NCBI GenBank assembly: GCA_028870995.1
Contig: JAGWOI010000003.1
Location: 39,955 to 103,954 of the forward strand
From: Candidatus Omnitrophota bacterium
Lineage (GTDB): Bacteria > Omnitrophota > Gorgyraeia > Zapsychrales > Fredricksoniimonadaceae
Reading direction: 5' to 3'
Length of the DNA: 64,000 nucleotides
This document shows, one piece after another, positions 58,465 through 64,000 of the stretch. The position numbers and the translations under genes were made by a program. The first letter of the stretch is position 1. Each line of letters opens with the position of its first letter. Below the pieces are notes generated by a model. That model had not been told where the DNA came from and searched no databases. It saw only the letters and a list, made by a program, of their open reading frames with translations.

Positions 58465-59652
58465 TTATGAAATGGCCATGATGAGAATGCTCTCATTGTG
58501 CAAATGGGTGCTCTTTATATCATTAATGCCCAGGGGACCGATCTCCCCGTAGGAACACATGCCTATCAGGGGGACGGTGTGGCCTATAACGTCCCGGATC
58601 ATTTGGGTCTCCCTGAAGGCGTCCCGCCCCAGCAATTTATGACGGGCCAGCGATTCGATGACCATGATCAGGTGGGGCGGCCTTTGTTCCAAGGAAGCCT
58701 TGACTGTCTGGGCCGCTTGCACGGCCGAATCAAGGCAGGAATCCACATTACTGATCATCAAATGCACCTGCGCGCCTTGAGGGATGCCTTCATGACATAC
58801 GATACTACCGTCCGTAAGGATGTCAATGGGGTTGCGCAACAAATATTGGCGCGGCTCTTCCAGGAGAATGCCCAAGGGATAGAGCGCCGCGTAAGAATTC
58901 AGCGGCGAGCTTTTCATGCCATCCGCTTCCGTCCCCAAGAAATGCCGGTAGATATCGACGGCGGGTTTATCGTCAATGCTGCGGATGATGTGGCCTTCCA
59001 CCTGGGTGATGGTGCGCGGTTTACCCAGCGGCTTAAAACCGTGCCTGCAGCCGACGCCGACCTTCAACGGCCCGCCCAGCATGAGGCCGACGGCCCCGTT
59101 ATATAGGATCTGGTCCTGGAAAAATTGAGAGATGTTTTTGTAGGCAAAGGCATCACTGGCAAGGGCGCCAATGATGGGAAAACCGGCGCCCACCGATTCC
59201 CGGGCGCCCCGGATGAATTGTGAGAAGTCCCGTTCGATACCTTGAGAAAATGTGATGAAAACCTCACGCTGGTGGAACTCATAGAGGTTTTGGGCCGCCC
59301 GGTAGGCGAGGTCGACGCCGGTCAAGTAGGTGTCCCGTTTATCGGCACTGGTGACGGCTGAAATTCCGCAGCTCATGTCCGTGGAATTAAGTCCCATCAT
59401 GACGATCCCGCGGTTGACCATGCCGTTGGCCAGGATGATGCCGCCGGTGGAACAGCCCACCAGGTGCTTCGGCCGCAGCGTGCGGGTGATGGTGGTTGGC
59501 ATATCGCCCGTGACACAGTCGGGGGAGGCGAAAACAACGACCAGATCGGTGTTCGTTGTGTTGAGCTGGTTTTTGAGCTGTACGCAGGCCTGCAGGACGG
59601 CTTTTTGCGGATCAGGATGCTGACTGAAGCCGATGCTGATACTGGTCGACAA
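58465..59652 (-). CDS. FIST (FIST_N + FIST_C) sensory protein, NosP-like
   Basis: LVVVFAS, LVGCSTGG, PIIGALA, HGFKPLG, SIDDKPA, GMCSYGEIGP; AAGGAG RBS with TTG start. Confidence 0.88.
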   Translation of the reverse strand: MSTSISIGFSQHPDPQKAVLQACVQLKNQLNTTNTDLVVVFASPDCVTGDMPTTITRTLRPKHLVGCSTGGIILANGMVNRGIVMMGLNSTDMSCGISAVTSADKRDTYLTGVDLAYRAAQNLYEFHQREVFITFSQGIERDFSQFIRGARESVGAGFPIIGALASDAFAYKNISQFFQDQILYNGAVGLMLGGPLKVGVGCRHGFKPLGKPRTITQVEGHIIRSIDDKPAVDIYRHFLGTEADGMKSSPLNSYAALYPLGILLEEPRQYLLRNPIDILTDGSIVCHEGIPQGAQVHLMISNVDSCLDSAVQAAQTVKASLEQRPPHLIMVIESLARHKLLGRDAFRETQMIRDVIGHTVPLIGMCSYGEIGPLGINDIKSTHLHNESILIMAIS

Positions 59653-59689
59653 CTTGTGGCTCCTTTTGGGCTTTACGATGCTTTCTTCG

Positions 59690-59717
59690 ATTATAAATTG
59701 AAGGGCAGGGGTGTCAA
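59690..59717 (-). promoter_or_regulatory. Consensus sigma70 promoter of the FIST operon
   Basis: Minus strand TTGACA-N16-TATAAT. Confidence 0.75.
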
Positions 59718-59842
59718 CCTTAAATAATAAACCTGCTTTTAGAGATGTGCCGCTACCAAATATATATTTATTAGATAGGCGGCCAACGATATTTGTTGAC
59801 GGCTATCAAGCTTTGAGATATCCTTACATCTTCTTAGATATC

Positions 59843-59920
59843 GGCCCCATCGTCTAGCCTGGTCCAGGACGTCTGCTTCTCAGGCAGAAAACACCGGTTC
59901 AAATCCGGTTGGGGCTACCA
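59843..59920 (+). tRNA. tRNA-Glu(CTC)
   Basis: GGCCCCA acceptor stem; anticodon stem TCTGC/GCAGA with loop TT-CTC-AG; GGTTCAAATCC; encoded CCA. Confidence 0.94.
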
Positions 59921-59927
59921 AAAATAT

Positions 59928-59960
59928 AAGGGACACGTTTGCGTGTCCCTTTTTATTTTT
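59928..59960 (+). terminator. Intrinsic terminator after tRNA-Glu
   Basis: AAGGGACACG/CGTGTCCCTT plus T tract. Confidence 0.85.
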
Positions 59961-60028
59961 GAGGCTTCCTTCCTTAAAATAGAATAGCCGGCAAGCCGGC
60001 GCTTTTGATGATCCGCCTTTCTTCTTCG

Positions 60029-60103
60029 ATTTTTAATTCTTTTTTAATCTCTTCTTTAGGAAACTTCAGTTAAAAAGGAACTAACCGGGCGAAATAGAGG
60101 TAT
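60029..60103 (+). repeat. 75-nt upstream element, copy 1 (copy 2 at 63376-63450)
   Basis: Ungapped alignment of 63/75 identities by manual count; invariant core TAACCGGGCGAAATA. Confidence 0.85.
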
Positions 60104-60227
60104 AGGCAGTGTTGGAAAGGGATAAACATTTAAGTTGCATTATTGACCTTCAAGGGCTTTTGGTCATGGATTTCACGGCTGAAGTGCTTGCTGCCTTTCT
60201 AAGCCCTCCTGAGAGGAGGATTAGGCA

Positions 60228-63200
60228 ATGTTAAAACTTCTATTTTTCCTAGTGATGTCATTTGGTGTAAGTTCGGCAGCTTTTGCCACGAATTATTATA
60301 TCGATTGCCAAGGGAATGATTCCAACAACGGTTTAAGTGCTACGACCGCTTGGGCTAGTTTCAAGCCGACGGAATCGACTAATTTTTTGAAACCTGGCGA
60401 TGTGGTCAACGTTAAGGCAGGCTGCACTTTCACCGGAAGCGCTTCGGAGGCTTTCATTTATTCTGCCGGGACCGCCGCCAATCCTATTACGATCCAACCC
60501 TATGGGACGGGTGCCAATCCGGTATTTGACGCCACCGTCGATCCTTCCACGGTGCCGGGCTGGTCGGGCTGGACCGTATCCGATTCGACCAATGGCGTTT
60601 ATGTTTCCAATGTGCCTGTGCCGTGGTCGGTAAATTCCATCATCGTAGACGGAACGTATAGTTTAAGGAAATTAGATAGCTATCAATGTTCGCAGGGGGT
60701 CATAAGCAAGGAGCCCTACAGTGAATGCCAAAATGGCGCCGGCTCGCAGATTTATATTCATTTGGCCCAGGAGGCGAATCCATCAGGGCATAAGATAGCC
60801 TTCAGTAAATACGGCAATGGCGATGGGGATGGGCATACCCGCGGTCAATTCGGCGTGCACGACTCCACGGAACAATATGTTAACATCAACAATATCAGCA
60901 TTGTCGGATCGAATTCCCAGGGCTTCTCTTCCGGCGCGCCCTATGTTAATTTTAACGGTGTCAGCAGCTTGGGAGCGGCACGGGAAGGGATCTACATTAT
61001 ATCCCATGCCGTTCAGAATGGCACAGGGGCCGCCTATAATACGATCAACCAATCCACTTTTTCATGGTCTAACTCCAATTTCGGACAGCAGGTGACCATA
61101 GAGTCGCCCCATGTGGATCTGGTCGATGTGATCTCTAAGAATGGCTGGATGGCCGGCATCGATTGGCTGGATTATACCTCGGATACGAACGCCTCTTTTG
61201 GCCGGTGTATCCGTTGCATAGCGCATGACAATGGCCAGAGAAGCTGGTCTTCGGATTATAACGGCTATGATCCCGTGGGTATTTATGTTGACGGGGGGCA
61301 TGACATTCAAATCATCGATTCAGTAGTTTACCAGAGCCCCTTGCCGGCGGGCATCACCAGCCAGAACGCGATTTATGGGATCGCCTTCCAAACGGAACAT
61401 CCCAGCATAAAACCTGAATCCAATAACTTTATCATCAATAGTTTGGTTTACGGCATCAATTACCAGGATGTGCTTTTGTCAGGGGCCATTAATTGCACCG
61501 GGACCGCGTGTAATGTCAATGACAACATGGGCATGATAGGCACGACCCTCATCCGGGGAGGCTATCAGTTAATGTCCATGAATTCGCTCATACCCAATAA
61601 AAGTCTGAAAGGCGTATTTTTATACAACAACGTTTATTATAACGGCAGCAACACTGTCGGGGCAGAGCCGCTTATTAACTCTTATAATGTAACTTCCGAT
61701 TACAATGTTTATTATACCTCTCCTTCGGGGCAGTACATTTGGGATCCCAGCATAACCCTGTCGGCATGGCAAGGGGCCTCGGGCCAGGATGCCCATTCGC
61801 AATATGCCAATCCCTTATTTGCTGGATCAGGGATCACCGGCGAAATCGACCAATCCTATCATTTATCATCGGTCGCAGCCGGCCAGAATGCCAATTCGCC
61901 CGCTATAGGCGCAGCCACCCATGCACAACCGGGAAGCGCTTATGTTTATTCAAGTATTGGGACGGTACGCACGGATAACGTGGTAGACAGTTCCTCCACA
62001 CCGGCGGCGGGGTATCACTATTTGGCCAAATATTCACTTCCAACGACTGGGACCGGCGGCGGAACGCCTCCCAGCGGCGGCACCACCCCTCCCACTCCCA
62101 CTGTCTATAGTTTAACCATCTCAACTTCCGGCAGCGGTTTTGGGATGATCTTTGATGCGACCAATCTCATCAACTGCGGCGTAAACCCCGGTGCGACACA
62201 ATGCAGCGCATCCATTAACGGCGGCACTGCTGTCAGTTTAACGGCAACACCGGCGAGCGGATCGTCTTTTAACGGCTGGACCATTACAGGCTCTCAGGCA
62301 GGGACCTGCACATCAACGACCAGCCCGTGCACATTGACGGTCACCGGAAATACTACGGTAACCGCTAATTTTGGGCCAACGACGACTACGAACACGGGGC
62401 TTTCCATAACCACACAACCGGCAAACCAAACCGTGACTGTGGGGCAGACAGCGGCCTTCAGCGTAGTTGCGTCCGGGGCCCAACCCTTGTACTACCAATG
62501 GCAAAAGGACGGGGTCAACATTACAGGGGCCAACAGCTCAACGTACACAACGCCTCCCACTACAGCAGCTGATGACTGGCGCACGTTTAAAGTTGTCATC
62601 AATAATGGTACGGGTGTTCTCATCAGCAACATGGCCACGTTAAGGGTCAATGCCGCCGCTGCCACGACTCCCCCAACCGGGGGTACGACTCCTCCCACCG
62701 GAGGCACTACAGGCGGCACAGGAGCGCCTTCCATCACCACACAACCGGCAGACCAAACCGTCGCTGTGGGACAAGCAGCGACCTTCAGCGTAGCTGCGTC
62801 CGGGGCCCAACCCTTGTACTACCAATGGCAAAAGGACGGGGTCAACATTACAGGAGCCAACAGTCCGACGTATACAACGGCACCCACCACAACCGCTGAT
62901 GACTGGCGCACGTTTAAAGTCGTCGTCAATAACAGCGCGGGTGTTGCCATCAGCAACCTGGCCACGTTAAGGGTCAATGCAGCTGCTGCCACTGGGGGCA
63001 CTACAGGCGGCACAGGAGCGCCCTCCATAACCACACAACCGGCGAACAAAACAGTGACGGCAGGGCAAACGGCGACCTTCAGCGTAGTGGCCACCGGCGG
63101 CCAACCCTTGTACTACCAATGGCAAAAGGACGGTGTCAATATTGCAGGGGCCAACAGCCCGACGTACACAACGCCGCCCACCACAACGGCGGATAATTGG

Positions 63201-63281
63201 CGCACATTCAAAGTTGTCGTCAGTAATACCAAGGGCGTCGCCATTAGCAATATGGTTGTATTGATGGTCAATCAAGGGTAA
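60228..63281 (+). CDS. Secreted protein: right-handed beta-helix, InlB-B-repeat-like domain and three Ig-like domains
   Basis: Signal peptide AFA|; TNYYID..GNDSNNG.S...AW and LKPGDVV beta-helix cap; GTAVSLTATPASGSSFNGW; 3x SITTQPA..TV..GQ.A.FSV.A.G.QPLYYQWQKDG. Confidence 0.88.
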   Translation: MLKLLFFLVMSFGVSSAAFATNYYIDCQGNDSNNGLSATTAWASFKPTESTNFLKPGDVVNVKAGCTFTGSASEAFIYSAGTAANPITIQPYGTGANPVFDATVDPSTVPGWSGWTVSDSTNGVYVSNVPVPWSVNSIIVDGTYSLRKLDSYQCSQGVISKEPYSECQNGAGSQIYIHLAQEANPSGHKIAFSKYGNGDGDGHTRGQFGVHDSTEQYVNINNISIVGSNSQGFSSGAPYVNFNGVSSLGAAREGIYIISHAVQNGTGAAYNTINQSTFSWSNSNFGQQVTIESPHVDLVDVISKNGWMAGIDWLDYTSDTNASFGRCIRCIAHDNGQRSWSSDYNGYDPVGIYVDGGHDIQIIDSVVYQSPLPAGITSQNAIYGIAFQTEHPSIKPESNNFIINSLVYGINYQDVLLSGAINCTGTACNVNDNMGMIGTTLIRGGYQLMSMNSLIPNKSLKGVFLYNNVYYNGSNTVGAEPLINSYNVTSDYNVYYTSPSGQYIWDPSITLSAWQGASGQDAHSQYANPLFAGSGITGEIDQSYHLSSVAAGQNANSPAIGAATHAQPGSAYVYSSIGTVRTDNVVDSSSTPAAGYHYLAKYSLPTTGTGGGTPPSGGTTPPTPTVYSLTISTSGSGFGMIFDATNLINCGVNPGATQCSASINGGTAVSLTATPASGSSFNGWTITGSQAGTCTSTTSPCTLTVTGNTTVTANFGPTTTTNTGLSITTQPANQTVTVGQTAAFSVVASGAQPLYYQWQKDGVNITGANSSTYTTPPTTAADDWRTFKVVINNGTGVLISNMATLRVNAAAATTPPTGGTTPPTGGTTGGTGAPSITTQPADQTVAVGQAATFSVAASGAQPLYYQWQKDGVNITGANSPTYTTAPTTTADDWRTFKVVVNNSAGVAISNLATLRVNAAAATGGTTGGTGAPSITTQPANKTVTAGQTATFSVVATGGQPLYYQWQKDGVNIAGANSPTYTTPPTTTADNWRTFKVVVSNTKGVAISNMVVLMVNQG
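62403..63275 (+). repeat. Three near-identical ~250-nt Ig-domain coding repeats
   Basis: Units start at about 62403, 62730 and 63024 and share long exact stretches (CAACCCTTGTACTACCAATGGCAAAAGGACGG). Confidence 0.9.
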
Positions 63282-63317
63282 CGCTATGGCTCAATCTATT
63301 TTAATTGGTTTTGGAGG

Positions 63318-63346
63318 TGAAGAGGAGACACCCTGTCTCCTCTTCA
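63318..63346 (+). terminator. Perfect 13-bp hairpin after the surface-protein gene
   Basis: TGAAGAGGAGACA-CCC-TGTCTCCTCTTCA; weak T tail. Confidence 0.6.
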
Positions 63347-63375
63347 AATTGCCGTTAACAAAACTCTAATCCTTA

Positions 63376-63450
63376 ATTTTTAATGCTTTTTTAATCTTTT
63401 CTTCATGAATTTTCCATTAAAAAGGGAGTAACCGGGCGAAATAAAGGTGT
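63376..63450 (+). repeat. 75-nt upstream element, copy 2
   Basis: Aligns without gaps to 60029-60103. Confidence 0.85.
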
Positions 63451-63507
63451 GCAGGTTGGAAACCAGGAAAGAGCCACTTTAAGTTATTTTTTTAGGAGGA
63501 TTCTGTC

Positions 63508-63828
63508 ATGAGTTTATCCGAAGATGTGACTAAAGAGGTGTTTGCGGCCATCGATGAATTCAACTTGAGTGAACCGCAACAATGGCACATCGAAAAGGAT
63601 TTAAGCGCCGTCCTGCTTGGTGATAATGGGACGCTGGATTCCCTGGGATTTGTCATGCTCATTGTTGCCCTGGAGCGCAGGCTTGAAGAAAAGCTTGGGC
63701 AAAACGTATCTTTGACGGATGAGAAGGCCATATCCCAACAGGACAAGGTCTTCAGGACAGTGGGAGACCTGATCGCTTACATTTGCACATTGATCGACAA
63801 TGAAAGGACCTGCGAATATGCCGCCTGA
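63508..63828 (+). CDS. Acyl carrier protein (FkbH-associated type)
   Basis: LLG..GTLDSLGFV phosphopantetheine Ser; FRTVGDL; AGGAGG RBS. Confidence 0.85.
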   Translation: MSLSEDVTKEVFAAIDEFNLSEPQQWHIEKDLSAVLLGDNGTLDSLGFVMLIVALERRLEEKLGQNVSLTDEKAISQQDKVFRTVGDLIAYICTLIDNERTCEYAA

Positions 63829-64000
63829 CCTTCAAGGACTTTTGGTTTCCGATTTTACCGCTGATCCGCTGGCCGCGTTTTTGAACCTTCCTGAGTGGCC
63901 GTCCTGCCGGATGCAGACGCTTCGTTTCGGTGAGCCCTGCGTTCACGAAACACCGGTTGATTTTTCGGTCATCTGGACACAGGCCGCCGGCACCATGCCC
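63818..64000 (+). CDS. N-terminus of a probable FkbH-like (HAD-IIIC) protein, truncated by window
   Basis: Open frame MPPDLQGLLVSDFTADPLAAFLN...RFGE...DFSVIWTQ overlapping the ACP stop; resembles FkbH N-termini; only ~60 aa visible. Confidence 0.5.
   Translation, partial: MPPDLQGLLVSDFTADPLAAFLNLPEWPSCRMQTLRFGEPCVHETPVDFSVIWTQAAGTMP

Noticed and set aside
59843-60030. Prophage or integrative element at tRNA-Glu (also checked tRNA-Leu)
   Set aside because: No integrase and no duplicated tRNA 3' end seen within the window.
62403-63275. Possible CRISPR array or DGR template/variable repeat
   Set aside because: Repeats are in-frame Ig domains with mostly synonymous differences; no spacers, cas genes, reverse transcriptase or adenine-specific bias seen.

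Overview
Bacterial chromosomal window. The N-terminal domain and the DxAM/GGIDL motifs of the giant protein suggest Candidatus Omnitrophota (inference). Contents in order: (1) a nuoJ-K-L unit on the minus strand that starts at nuoJ; (2) a nitrogen-assimilation region with a GAF-GAF-ANTAR regulator, DUF2934, an unannotated 41-aa membrane protein, amtB, glnK, type III glutamine synthetase, a class I GATase and Gln-dependent nadE; (3) a lipid-linked glycosylation block (two GT2, two GT-C-like, one TPR protein); (4) gltBD; (5) a TPR lipoprotein and a 5039-aa giant protein; (6) glpK/glpD, RNA-modification and housekeeping genes; (7) carAB-purF-pyrG, tRNA-Leu and rpe; (8) a Cys-rich class III pilin-like protein; (9) a FIST-kinase-REC/GGDEF operon; (10) tRNA-Glu, a beta-helix/Ig surface protein, an ACP and the start of an FkbH-like gene. 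Two candidates for a new system stand out. First, the C-terminal third of the giant protein carries an ordered series of motifs matching eukaryotic FKS/callose (GT48) beta-1,3-glucan synthases, fused to a predicted extracytoplasmic (alpha/alpha)6 glycosidase-like domain and a long beta-rich region. Second, a GGGC-loop-GTCC hairpin overlaps intrinsic terminators three times in the amtB and GS leaders, next to a receiver-less GAF-GAF-ANTAR protein, which suggests an RNA-antitermination nitrogen regulon. All homology calls are by-eye motif recognition; no database searches were run.
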